DNA of 64,000 bases from Octopus vulgaris (GCA_951406725.2 OX597814.1:162998001-163062000), one strand, 5' to 3'; counted from the first letter of the stretch, positions 26,161-39,419 are shown. Notes: a model not told the origin generated them from the sequence alone. Program-made: numbers and translations.

Positions 26161-26959
26161 CTCCGGTGCCCATACCAGACGATTCTTGCCTGCTTACAAT
26201 ATATATGTGTGCTCTTTTATGCACCCTGCGTCTGTATGAGAGGACCTCACAGGGTGAATGCCGCAGTATTCGGCGTTCTAGCACAACATTCACGTTAAAT
26301 TGTACATAAAGATTACAAAAATCCCCTTTTTTTCTTTTTACTTGCAACACAGTCGCAAACTACACATACCTAATTTGCATATTTGTGCTTTTCAGGGCAC
26401 CTTATAAATTAAACAATATTTATTTTGTGCATAACATATGAAGCGGTATATTCCTAGATATACAAAAAAAAAAGGGAAATGTCAAGATTTCATCATAGGC
26501 CTACTCAAAAACGGTTGACCGGTGTTTGAACAACTAAACCAATAACAACAACAAAGTTATTTATTCCTATTTTTGCTGGATAGATAGAAAACTTTTTTTA
26601 TCAGTATTTAGGGTGACAGATTAATGATCAATAAGATCGCGAGTTCAGTTCCTAGATGGCAAGTTTTGCCTTTGGCTAAAAGCACTTTATTTTCACCTAG
26701 CTCCAGTCTACTCTATTGTAAAAGTGTACCAGCTGAGTGCTGATGCAACTTTCTGTTATCTTGAATGCTCAATTGGATCAAAGAGGGGTGGAGTGCGGAC
26801 GAGAATGTATCTGAGTCTGCTGGTGACCACATAGGCGCTCTAAACAATTAGTGAAAGCATGACACACGTAACCAAGCCATAATCGCTCGCGAGTGACGGT
26901 TAGCTGTGTTGGATTTCTCTGCTGGATAGAAGGTCGTGTCTTTTACCTAGCTTTTATAT

Positions 26960-27317
26960 TTTAATTCTTTCAGTCAGTGGACTGCAGCTATCCTGGGGCA
27001 CCGCCTTGAAGGACTTAGCAGAACAAATCGCTTCCGATACTTAATTTTCTTATAGTCCGGTACTTATTTTATCGGTCGTTTTCGCCGAACCGTTAAGTTA
27101 CTGGTACCTAAATAAACCAATACCGCTTAAACTGTGACGCGGAGACAAACACATACATACATGCATGCATACATACATACATACATACATACATACATAC
27201 ATACATACATGCACACATACATACATATGCATACATACATACATACATACATGCATACATACACACATACATATATACATACATACATACATACATACAT
27301 ACATGTATGTATGTACG

Positions 27318-27354
<37 letters not shown>

Positions 27355-27355
27355 G

Positions 27356-27421
<66 letters not shown>

Positions 27422-27578
27422 AGTACGACGGGCTTTCACACAGTTTCCATCTCCCGAATTCACACACAGGGCTTTGGTCGGCCCGAGGCTATAGTACAAG
27501 ACATTTATTCAAGGTGCCACGCAGTGGGACTGAACCCAAAACTACATGGCTGCAAATCCTTAACCACACAGCCATACT
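26960..27578 (-). mobile_element. SINE family B, diverged, with expanded internal (CATA)n(GATA)n
   Basis: Tail 26960-27150, microsatellite 27150-27420, head 27424-27578. Confidence 0.8.
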
Positions 27579-28298
27579 TGCTACCCTAATTTTTGTGAAA
27601 ATTGTGAAAATTGTGTAAGACATGTCTCCTAAGACATTAACAGTGTAAATGATGCCAAATGAAGTATATCAATCTGTAATCGGAACCAAATAGCGGTTTT
27701 TATCTTAACCAAATCTCTTGCCCTTTAGACCACATTGCTCGCCTCTAATTTTACAACCAAACAGTATCTTCAGTTGGGGGATAAGAATACAGGGAATTAA
27801 AATTTCAGAGAGCACGCTGTTCTCAAGTGCAAACGTTAAATTTTTCACCAACAGAACAAACAATAAAAAAGAAATATTTTTTTTTAAACCTGAAAAGGAC
27901 TAAAATAAAAACAGCCACAAAAACAGTCAAGTTTTGAAATATAAACAATGTAACATATTATTTTTATTATTTTTGCTTCGCCTTTTTTGTTTTTTTTTTT
28001 CTGTTCTTTCTGTTTTTTCTTTTTGCCTTGTTCGTTTCCCACCTAACTTTTTTTTTTGTTATTCATAATGCAGTGGTTTAAAATTTCGTTTCGTTATTAT
28101 CGTTTTTGCTGTCGTCGTTCTCGCGCCTATTGATGTTGGTGTTGTTTTTCTTGTTATTTGTCCTTGTTTTTTCTTTTTTGTTTTCAGTTCCAACTACGTA
28201 CATGTAGTTGTTGTTATTGGTGTCATTCGGTTTTATTGTGAAAATACTCTTAAAATACAATGCGTGCGCGCACACACAAGCACACATGTGTTTATGAT

Positions 28299-28353
<55 letters not shown>

Positions 28354-28419
28354 TTACGCAGACACACACAAGCATATGCAAAAATACACACACACACACA
28401 TACATACACGTGTAGATAA

Positions 28420-28504
<85 letters not shown>

Positions 28505-29597
28505 AAAATAGGTAGGTGGGTGACAAATAAGCAAAGTCGCTTAAGCATCGGATACAAGCCTTACAGTGCTCGTTTCAGCTTTCTGCGGTCTAAGTTCAAA
28601 TCCTGTTAAAGTCACCTCTACCTTTTATTCATTCCGAGTCAATGAAAAAGTAGCGATCCTGGTTGGTGGATTTGGTGGGGATGCCTTGCAGTATTAATTC
28701 TAGATCCTAGCGTTCTGAGTTCAAATTCTGTTATGGTCTACTTGAGTGGCAGACTTACTCCGTCGTCCGATTTTAACTTCATTATCTCATACTTTGAATG
28801 CTTTTGGCGGGATCTACACTGTTGGAAGCACTCAGAATAGTTCTCTGGCTTGAGGATATCTTTCTCACTTAATCCTACTAGTCTCCGAGGCTTGTAAAGG
28901 GATATGGGTACGGCCTTTAAAATAAAAAGTTTGTACACATATATGATACTAGCAGCTAAGCCCGGTTTCACCCGGTCTGTTTGGATGATGTGGCTGTGAT
29001 CGTTTTCGGTTAGGCATATGTGAATGAAAATTTAGTTCAGACCTGTACATGGTAGCTAGACCTGGTAGAAATAGCAGCCAAATCTCCCTCAAAACACCCT
29101 ATTGTCTTAATCCGACAATACTGTCTATTATGTAGTTTGAATAAGAAACTGTAACTAAAGATTAAGATTATTAACCCCACAAAGAAGTGAAAGAAGAGAG
29201 CCAAAGTTTTGGCTGACTGTCATCCTGTACTCCCGTTGTTGCTAGCGAAATGGTATATGCCGGCTGTGTGAGCAACTGGTTATTTTAATGGCGGAACAAA
29301 CAGGAGAATTCCATTAGTAACAGTTTTAATCGATTTTCTCAATAAGTATGGGGGCTAAGAAAAAATGGAAACCACATTCCAATCTATGCACCCGTCTCCA
29401 TATGTGTGCCATTTTTCACGCGAATCCATCCAGCCGTTTGACTTTGAACCTCAAGATAAGAAAGAATACAACGATCGCCCATGTCCAATTTATATTATAG
29501 ATATGCGCGTGTGTGTACATACATACATACATACATACATACATACATACATACATACATACATACATACATACATACATACATACATACATACACA

Positions 29598-30500
29598 GTG
29601 AAGAAAACAATATCCTACGTGTTGGAAGTGAGCTCCTCGGGAAGTACTCTCTTCCACATGACCTGCCATACAACCCCAAATCAGCTGGACTAGAATACTT
29701 CAAATAAGACCTGGAAGTGAAACGTTCGGCATAACAAAAAAAGACGAAGCATGGGTATGTTTATCGTAGACTTAAAGAAGATAGTAAGCGAAGCTTCTCT
29801 TGGATTCGTGACCGCTACATCATATCACACTTCGAAGGCTATGCATTTGCAATCCAAGAATAGGAGATTGCTGCTAAATACCTAGTCAACAAAAGAGACA
29901 GTGAAGTCCTTGGAGTTCCAGGATGCAACCATAAATGTAGATTGTCACATTTCTATGGGAGACATCACACATGCAATTAACAGCTGCCCCAAAATGTCGT
30001 CAAGGTATTACTTCCCTATGCAACATGACGTTGTCGCAAAAACAATATACAATGCCATTAGGTAAAAAAAACTGTCCTGGAATAAATATGGAGAGTCCCC
30101 CTGTTATTGAATATGTACACAAATACCAGCACAAGGAATACTGATGGAACATTCCTATCAAAACATCTGTCAAGTGTAAGCATAACAGGCTGGATATTGT
30201 TGTTTGGCACATACAAGGAAAAGTATGTACCGTCTGCTTCTTTGTCCGGATTACAAATTTACATTTATATCAATAATAATTGGAGCACTTGTTTTTGTAA
30301 GTAAGTGCTTAACTGTCAGTCTGGATAAGCTTGGATTTTCAGAAAAAGAAATCAACCGATTCACATACAATCTGTAAGCGGAACAGTAAAATTATGCAAG
30401 ATTTTGCTTAAGTTTAAAATGTGATATTATTTTCATTATCTACACTCTAAAGATAGAGCTTTGTTTCTTTGTTAGAAAACAGCTCCTTCTTCAAAGGATC
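29598..30500 (+). pseudogene. R4/Dong-like LINE 3' fragment (CCHC zinc knuckle and RLE region)
   Basis: KHGYVYR...SHFEGYAFAIQE*EIAAKY...KCRL...DITHAINSCPKM..RYYFPMQHDVVAKTIY...KHNRLDIVVW...LGFSEKEI...KFKM*; starts directly after (CATA)n. Confidence 0.82.
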
Positions 30501-30536
30501 AAATACAGTACACACACACACACACACACAAACACA

Positions 30537-30784
30537 TTGGCACAAGACCTGCAATTTCGGAGGAGGGGGTAAATTGGTTACATCGATCCCCGTGCTCAAA
30601 TGGTACTTATACCGATCCCGATAGGATAAAAGATTCCAGCGCTCACTTGGTACATATTTTATCGGCCTCAAAAGGATGAAAGGCAAAGTTGACCTCAGCG
30701 GAATTTGAACTCAGAACGTAAAGTCGAATAAAATGCTGCTAAGTATTTTGCCCAGCATGCTAACGACATAGCCAGCTCGCCACC
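30537..30784 (-). mobile_element. SINE family A
   Basis: Family A core and head in reverse, with a partial core duplication. Confidence 0.8.
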
Positions 30785-30786
30785 AT

Positions 30787-31495
30787 ATATATGGACTACA
30801 TAGTTCTTCCATTGGTATTGCAGTACTTGGATCTCTGGTGCAGAAGTTTTCATCTTGTTGGTCAAAAAAGTTATCAACAGCAGATATGATATCATCCTTA
30901 CTGTGGTGCTAATTCCTTGACAAGTGTTTTTTCATGTTGGGAAACAGATGATAATCAGATGGGGCCAAATCAGGAGAATAGGGACGGTGATCAATCAGTT
31001 CAAAACGACAGTCACACACAGCAACCATCGAAACTAAGGACTTATGTGCAGGAGCATTGTCCTGATGAAACAAGACCTCTGTCGTCAGTTTTCCTAGATA
31101 TTTGGTTGTGATAGCCTTTCGTAACTGCCTCAACAAGTTGGCATAGTACTCTTCATTTCTGGTTGACCCTCTTGAAGACATCAATAAACACAATGCCAAA
31201 ACTGAGGTTATCACATTACCTGTAGATGAAACAACCTTGGCCTTCTTTGGAGAAGGTGAGGAGGGGTGCCTCCCCTGCATGGATTGTCTCTTTGTCTCTG
31301 GCTCAAAGAGATGAAGCCAACATCTCTTTGATTTAAGAAGTGTTCAAAGAAACCAGCTGGATCTGCCTCAAACAATATCAAATTTTCTCTTGATGTAATC
31401 AGCCTGGTGCTCTTTTGATTACGTGTCAGAAGACGTGGCACCCACCGAACAGAAACCTTCGTTATGCCAAGCTCAATGTGCAGAATATTCTCAAC

Positions 31496-31567
<72 letters not shown>

Positions 31568-32468
31568 TCGGGATATGCTAATAGCATAGGCTAGTTGATT
31601 TATAGTCAATTGTTTGTCATCTATCACCACGTGGTGAATACGATCAATGTTTTCCTCGAGGGTAACAGTTGCAGGACATCTAGACTTTGGGTCATCTTCA
31701 AGACCCTCCCTTCCCCTCCTAAATCCAGCTACCCACTTTAGCAATGTTGATAAAGATAGAGTGTCGTGCTTTAATGTAGCAACCAGCTCAGCATAAATGT
31801 CGCTGCGGGCTAAATTATTTTTTCTTATTTCGTTATTGCCCACAAGGGGCTAAACATAGAGGGGACAAGCAAGGACAGACAAAGGGATTAAGTCGATTAC
31901 ATCGACCCCAGTGCGTTACTGGTACTTAATTTATCGACCCCGAAAGGATTATAGGCAAAGTCAACCTCGGCGGAATTTGAACTCAGAACGTAGTGGCAGA
32001 CGAAATACCTATTTCTTTACTACCCACAAGAGGCTAAACACAGAGAGGACAGACAAGGGCAGTCAACAGATTAGGTCGATTATATCGACCCCAGTGCGTA
32101 ACTGGTACTTAATTTATCGACCCCAAAAGGATGAAAGGCAAATTCGACCCCGGCGGAATTTGAACTCAGAACGTAACGGCAGACGAAATACGGGTACGCT
32201 TTTCGCCCGGCGTGCTAACGTTTCTGCCAGCTCGCCGCTAAACTCATTTTCTGCAGGTACTTGATAACATCACGATGCCAAATTTTATCTATTTTCAAGA
32301 GCAGTTGCTACTAGCTACTTTTGAAGTCTTCTTTAAAAAGCCAATTGTCAGTTTGAAAGAAACAATGAAGTTATTAATAAGATGTTGAAATAAATGTATG
32401 CAAGATTTCATAGCTCTAACGTTACTTCATTGTCAGCCTATGAAATTTTCAGACCACCCCCACCCCCG
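30787..32468 (-). mobile_element. Decayed mariner (DD34D) transposon interrupted by a SINE dimer and (CT)n
   Basis: WVPRLLT, FHQDNAPAH, YSPDLAPSDYHLFPNMKKHL; N-terminus HRDVIKYLQKM split at 31826-32240; TIR-like end ...TTTTCAGACCACCCCCACCCCCG|TA. Confidence 0.88.
31826..32238 (-). mobile_element. Head-to-tail SINE family A dimer inside the mariner
   Basis: Full copy at 32009-32238 followed by a 5'-truncated copy at 31826-32008. Confidence 0.88.
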
Positions 32469-32781
32469 TACAGACACGAGTAGAACCGTCGTTAACTGGG
32501 AATAAGAGAAATTCAAATTTAGCAAAGTTATGTATAATCACGACGAGTTCCAAGCTACACTTAGTCAAAATAACGTTGAAAATTTTATAGAATTATATCT
32601 GGTTTATTTAAGCATAGAACAACTACTGCGAAGTACTTCAATGAATATAGTATTAATCATACTTAGAGCTATTAATATATTTTTAAATACACATTTAATT
32701 ATAATTTAATTATATATGTTATGTATTGTTCTGTTTTTTTCATGTATTTCATTTAGTATATAGTTTATCTACTACATAGAG

Positions 32782-32982
32782 CAGTGGTTTTCAACCAGGG
32801 TTCCGCCAGTACAGTCCAGGGGTTCCGCAAGAAGTTACAAAACTGCTAAAATTGGCAGTAATTTTAAATTTTCCTGTGCAGATATATGTGCGTAAGACTA
32901 TTAAATTATTGCACAGGGATTCCTCGAGCTAGTGGAATGTTTCCTTGAGGTTCCGCTCCAGCAAAAAGTTTGAAAAGCACTG
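32782..32982. mobile_element. hAT (Charlie-like) MITE with 8-bp TSD
   Basis: TIRs CAGTGGTTTTCAA / TTGAAAAGCACTG; TSD ACATAGAG (32774-32781) / ATATAGAG (32983-32990). Confidence 0.88.
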
Positions 32983-33169
32983 ATATAGAGTATTTTGGTG
33001 GATTTCTGCATTATAGGGCATTTCTAATGTTTGCATACATACATAAATGCATACACACATATACCTATGCACACATGCATACACACACACACACACACAC
33101 ACGCGCGCACACACACATACACATGTATGTATGATATATATGTGTGTATGCATGTATGTATGTACATAC

Positions 33170-33202
<33 letters not shown>

Positions 33203-33206
33203 TGTA

Positions 33207-33266
<60 letters not shown>

Positions 33267-33276
33267 CACACAAGCA

Positions 33277-33356
33277 TACATACGTGTGCGTGTACATACG
33301 TGTGCGTGTACATACGTGTGCGTGTACATACGTGTGCGTGTACATACGTGTGCGTG
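33277..33356. repeat. 16-bp minisatellite TACATACGTGTGCGTG x5
   Basis: Direct. Confidence 0.9.
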
Positions 33357-33368
33357 TGTGTGCGCGTA

Positions 33369-33431
<63 letters not shown>

Positions 33432-33920
33432 CTTGTTTTGATATTCTTTGCTTTATATTCTATTTGTATTCTGCCTGCCCACCCCTTACTCCACCCGCCA
33501 ACATCCATCTTCTTACTCAGTCACTAAACTTACCCCCTTTATCATAACTTCCCTCTTCTCGTTTTCTCATTCCCTAAAACTCAGTAAGTTCCTTCTCCTT
33601 AGCCCCCCCACCCTCACCCTCGCCCCCACTCCCATTCTCGTCTCACCACCACCAGCTTCGTCGCTGCCGCCACTCCCACCACTACTCCGTCCAACACCAC
33701 TATCAGACTGACCTAAAATTCACAAACTGTTTCGTTGCTCGACTTCCAAACAAGTTAAGTCGTGCTTAGAAACAGATGCTACAACAGAACTTGTTGAACC
33801 TTTGCAAACAATGAAATACTACTCCCACTCCCGCTCCTTTTTTTTCTCTTTCTTCTTTTCTCCAGTGACTTAAACTATTTCTTCCCGCTCTTTCTTTCTC
33901 TCTCTCCTTTCTCGGTTTAC

Positions 33921-33951
<31 letters not shown>

Positions 33952-34962
33952 GCCTTCTCTTTCTTCATTATTATCATTCATACCTTCCTCCTCACCGCTT
34001 TCTTACTCTCTTAGACCCTCTCTCTTTCCCTCCTTATACCTCACACCTTCCTCCTTTCACCATCACCCCTTTTAACTCTTCCCTATTCTCACTCACTTTC
34101 TAACTTTTCATTCCACTTATCCAACTCCATCTTACCCCCACAGCACTGTAATCCACCTCTCTCATTCTTTCTCTCTCCCTCTCTCTCTCTCTCTCTTTCT
34201 CTTTCTCTCTCTCTCTCTCTTTTTCTCTCTATTATTTATCTCTCTCTCTCCCTCTCTCTTTCTTTCTTCATAATTTTGCACTAAATGTTGACTTTCTCTT
34301 CGGCAATCCAACAATAATGATTGCTATTGTTCACCTCGTTTGTCCCTCTCAACGACTCCCTGCTCGCTACATTGTTTCGCTCAAGACGTACTAAGCAACT
34401 CTCCTATATAATGCAATAAGCATATCAAGCAAACTATTCTCATTGCCCTGTACTCAGCTGTGGGATTCACCAGCAGTAACGCAATTCGAAGGAAACGAAT
34501 ACAAAGGTTTTGTACAAAGCGTTGATAAAACGCACAATTCGGACACACGAAAGAAACACACTTTCTTTTTATGAACAAACTACACAGATAAGCTGGTTTC
34601 ATACTTTAATCCTTCAGAGATCCCATCCTTTTTGGATGTAATCTTGACACTACTTGAAAATCGGTCAGATAAAATAAAGATCAGTAAGTGTGAAGACAGC
34701 CATTTTTTTTTCTTTTAATGAATATTATAATTTAACCAACTACTCTGTCTTTAATGAAAACTAAATAGTGTGTAGCAGATCAATAACTGCTTTGAATGTT
34801 TGTGGATACAGCATCTTCTGGTTGGAAATATAAGGGAAACTAATTAGTAGTATGTATTATTCAGTTTGTATGTGTAAGTATGTATATATATGTATGTGTG
34901 TGCGTGTATATCTATATGCACACATACACACACACATATATATATATATACAAATATATGCA

Positions 34963-35039
<77 letters not shown>

Positions 35040-35130
35040 GTATATATAGACAGAGAGACACCCCTCCCTGATAGACAGACAGGTATGTAGGCAGACAGAC
35101 TGTCAGATAGGTAGGTAGATAGATAGATGC

Positions 35131-35255
<125 letters not shown>

Positions 35256-35647
35256 TCTTGAGGTTACGGTTTCCAGAAATACATGGTTTGGTTGTTGATC
35301 TGTTCTCGAACGAGCTATACGCATTTTGGTTGGAATCGCTCTTTTAATAAAATTTAAACGCATATATGCTGTGCATGCGTGGTGGGGTGGGTGTACTCAT
35401 TGAGTAATACGTTTCACGGCCTATGACAATACAGATAAATACGGGTATATCAAAAGCTACACAACTTAAGTTCTTGGTATATTGAAATTATCATCGCCTC
35501 CACGGTGATATCTCATAAATATCGAATGGCAGTTAAGATCAGTTCCACTTGAGTAAGAGAAATAATCTCAAGGTTCAATGATTCTCCAAAGTTGACATGC
35601 CATTAAAGAAAAAGATAGGATTATTGTCTGGAGATAAGAGGACAGTC

Positions 35648-35688
35648 GTGGGCACATGTTTCTGGCTCAACAGCCGTCATCAGCATAA
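35648..35688 (-). ncRNA. Degenerate hammerhead ribozyme
   Basis: Minus: GTATG CTGATGA cGGCT-gttg-AGCCa GAAA CATG TG CCCAC; core boxes and stems II/III intact, stem I and cleavage residue mutated. Confidence 0.55.
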
Positions 35689-36065
35689 CAATTGTCCGAT
35701 CTTGTCTCTAGCAGCCACACGGGACTTAAGCCACTGGCTACTCTGAGTTATTTCAATTGGCTCTTTTTTTTTTAATTAGACATTTAAAAGTGGGTGTATA
35801 TCACACACACGCATTCTCTTAGCCTTAGATACTCAAATACACGCAGTCAAATCATTCACTCAATATCCTTTCGGGTCATTGCTCACATCTACCACCTCCA
35901 GCCACCAAGGAACATATAAAAGAGCACATAACAGCTTTCATTATGGAAGCTCACAGTATTTTCATTATATTTCATCTTTGTACCAATGCAGTGATATCGT
36001 AGTCCCACATAGTAAGTTCACTGTAATGATGCAGCTACCAAAAATGTCCAGGAAAATCACGTACA

Positions 36066-36338
36066 TCTCTTTTACTCTTTTACTCTTTTACTTGTTTCAG
36101 TCATTTGACTGCGGCCATGCTGGAGCACCGCCTTTAGTCGACCAAATCGACCCCAAGACTTATTCTCTGTAAGCCTAGTACTTATTCTATCGGTCTCTTT
36201 TGCCGAACCGCTAAGTTATGGGGACGTAAACACACCAGCATCGGTTGTCAAGCGATGTTGGAGGGACAAACACACACACATATATATATACATATACATA
36301 TATACGACGGTCCCACTGCGTGGCACCTTTGGAAAGTG
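36066..36338 (-). mobile_element. SINE family B, internally deleted
   Basis: Family B tail in reverse, plus a short CCCACTGCGTGGCACCTT head piece in the opposite orientation. Confidence 0.82.
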
Positions 36339-36363
36339 TTTATATAATAATATAATAGTACTG

Positions 36364-36668
36364 GCACTCCGTCGGTTACGACGACGAGTTTTCCAGTTGA
36401 CTCAATCAACGGAACAGCCTGTTCGTGAAATTAACATGTAAGTGGCTGAATACTCCACAGACACGTATACCCTTAACGTAGTTCTCAGGGAGATTTAGCG
36501 TGACAGAGTGTGTCAAGGCTGGCCCTTTGAAATACAGGTACTACACATTTTTGCTAGCTAAGTGGACTGGAACAACGTGAAATAAAGTGTCTTGCTCAAA
36601 GACACAACGCTTTGCCGGGAATTGAACTCATGGCAATCCTCGGCAAAATATCCAAACCACCAAGCCAT
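36364..36668 (-). mobile_element. Chimeric SINE: family D tail with family C central domain
   Basis: 36364-36540 matches 13223-13401; 36555-36610 matches the TTGAGCAAGACACTTTATTTC domain of 12760-12815. Confidence 0.8.
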
Positions 36669-37210
36669 ATAACAGACATGAATATTAGCGTGTTCGAGCG
36701 AGACACTGTAGTGACACTGTAGTCCAAATGTAGTGACACTGTTATACACTGTTGTAGTTAATACACTGTTAAGTGAGAGAACTCCGGAATAATCGCTCGA
36801 CATGCAAGAAGTAGCAGTCAGTTTCCATCAAATCACATTTCACAATTTACAAGGACAATGTTCCCAAACATAGAAAAAGATGAGGTGGTCACATCAGAAC
36901 GGAAATGCTTTTCGTCTTAGGTCAGCTCGATCGGAGCTGACTTCTGATTAAACAACAACAACAGCAGCAAAAAACAACAACTCTTACAGAACAGTATTAA
37001 CCCCTCGGTGTTCATCCACCCGTAACCAATACTCTTGCTCAATCATATTAACTTTGCTCACTTAAATAATAATGACGCGAATCGAATCAACAAGCCAGAA
37101 AACCAGCTGGATACTAAGATGTTACCATAATCTTTTAAATAATTAATGTATGTCCCTGAGAGCGACTTAAAATGTCACACAATCTTCATTCTCCTCTATT
37201 GTAATACAAA

Positions 37211-37557
37211 TACTCTTTTACTTGTTTCAGTCATTTGACTGCGGCCATGCTGGAGCACCGCCTTTAATCGAGCAACTCGACCCAGGGACTTATTCCTTTG
37301 TAAGCCCAGTACTTATTCTATCGGTCTCTTTTGCCGAACCGCTAAGTAACGGGGACATAAATACACAGACGCATATATATATATACATATATACGACGGG
37401 ATTCTTTCAGTTTCCGTCTACCAAATCCACTCACAAGGCTTTGGTCAGCCCGAGGCTATAGTAGAAGACACTTGCCCAAGGTGCCACGCAGTGGGACTGA
37501 ACCCGGAACCATGTGGTTGGTAAACAAGCTACTTACCACACAGCCACCCCTGCGCCT
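37211..37557 (-). mobile_element. SINE family B with a short internal deletion
   Basis: Head AGGCGCAGGGGTGGCTGTGTGG and tail present in reverse. Confidence 0.9.
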
Positions 37558-38498
37558 ATATTAATATTTAAATCGCGGGAGCCCGTGAAAATTCCGCAAT
37601 TTTATATATGATCTTATTCCTATTTTGCCGCATAAATTTTCTACATTTTCATAAAATTGCTTCAGCATGTTTAATATTTTGATTATATTTTCGATTTCCT
37701 TAAATAATTAACAGCGGAACACTCCAGCTTGTATCGTAATATGAAAAATGTTGATTATATCATTGCTTGAGTTCCATAATTAAGATTGCTTAATACGTAA
37801 CACGTGAACTTGTCATGAAAAATTTCGATCATGTCTTCGATGTCGTTCCATAGTTATGCATTTTAAAATGTCTCACGCTCAATAAGCAAGGGGAACTTTC
37901 GCCTTCCAAAAGAGCGGCTTGCTTTTTTCTTTTCTTTTCTTTTCTTTTCTTTCCATTTTTACAAACCCTTTTATTCTTTCACATCTGGCATAACGTACCA
38001 ACTGGATTAATTCTATACAAGACATTATTTTCAGTTGTCCTGAAATATTTTCGGGGTTGTAAGAGAGAGTACGCAGTTACAACATGACGTTTGGGATTTC
38101 AAAGTATTTAGGTCTCATTCCTCGTTTTTAGTTATGAATGATCAAGAGAAGTATTTATCCAAGAAAATCTCACTTATACGTGGTCAATGGGCCTGCTAAA
38201 AATAGCAGCCAAATTACCCTCAAATTATACATCCCTCAAACTTGAAAAAAAAAAGATACAACTTTGAACAGTCCTTGCTAGAAAAGCTTTGATCATAGGT
38301 ACACGATGCATTCCGTAAGTTTTCAGGAGAGACAATTATTAATTTCGAAAAAGTACAAAACTTAATTTCCTTCAAAGCAGAATCATCAAAATTCCTAAGG
38401 TATTTTTTGATGTTGTTATTATTTTTTTTTTTAATGAAATATGGTCCGTTGTCTTCTGCTGAACCGGGGTCATCCCTTGACCCTAGGGTCACAGCAGG

Positions 38499-38614
38499 TC
38501 CTCATCTCATGGAGAGTACACGGCGTAAAATATGCCTGTGGATATAGTGGTTAAGAGCGCGGACTACTAACCCCAAGATTCCGAGTTCGATTCCAAGCAG
38601 TGACATGAATAATG

Positions 38615-38656
<42 letters not shown>

Positions 38657-38658
38657 GC

Positions 38659-38698
<40 letters not shown>

Positions 38699-38850
38699 TT
38701 GAAAAATACCTTAGGAATGAGAACCCAGGTTCGAAATTTCCCCAAGACACCTGATGAAGGCTTAGAAGGTATATCAGCCGAAACGTTGTGTTAACAACAA
38801 AAAGATGAGGATAAATATCCGTCAAATGTAAATAATGTAAATAATGTATA
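38499..38850 (+). mobile_element. tRNA-headed SINE-like element carrying a hammerhead ribozyme
   Basis: A-box-like TGGATATAGTGG 38539-38550, anticodon-like arm GGACTACTAACC, B-box GTTCGATTC 38585-38593, (AAT)n(AAC)n spacer, HHR 38746-38792, (TGTAAATAA)n tail. Confidence 0.75.
38746..38792 (+). ncRNA. Minimal hammerhead ribozyme
   Basis: GACAC CTGATGA aGGCT-tagaaggtatatc-AGCC GAAA CG TT GTGTT; stem III is the palindrome AACGTT; GUU triplet. Confidence 0.78.
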
Positions 38851-38852
38851 TA

Positions 38853-39098
38853 TGAGCATGTCTAGATATGCAATTACATGCATGAGAATACATACGTAAG
38901 ACATACAAATCTGCACATACATACATACATACATACATACATACATACATACATACATACATACATACATACATACATACATACATACAAACAAAAATAT
39001 CCTGTTCTTGATGTTGAAATTCCAATGAAGGAGCCTTGGATCTAGGTTAGATAGAGGTTCTTTCTCTATTGGCAGGAAATCTTGAAATAAACGGAATA
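38853..39098 (+). mobile_element. 3' UTR of the R4/Dong-like family with internal (CATA)n
   Basis: ATGAGCATGTCTAGA...CATGCATGA..ATACAT matches 56895-56960, which follows an R4-like ORF end; downstream part matches 9391-9490. Confidence 0.65.
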
Positions 39099-39329
39099 GT
39101 TGTATATATTTAAAAGCTAATTATAAATTGGCATTATCGTTTGAAGTTTCACCGTTACTTGGTTTATCAGTGTTGACGAAACCTGGATTTATAATGTGAA
39201 TATATATTCTGCTTTTAATTAAAAGAAAGTATATTTAAACAAGCATTAAGTTCTCTTGTCTTTTATGAGTACTTGAAATGCACACACACAGACACACACA
39301 CAGACACACACACACACACACACACACTC

Positions 39330-39419
39330 GTACGTACGTACGTATGTATATATTATACATGTTTGTATGTATGCATGTACGTATGTATGCATGTACGTAT
39401 GTATTTGTATGTATATATG

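Noticed and set aside
39140-39175. CTGATAA-ACC...GGT-GAAA minus-strand motif
   Set aside because: Core G missing and no UH/stem I continuation
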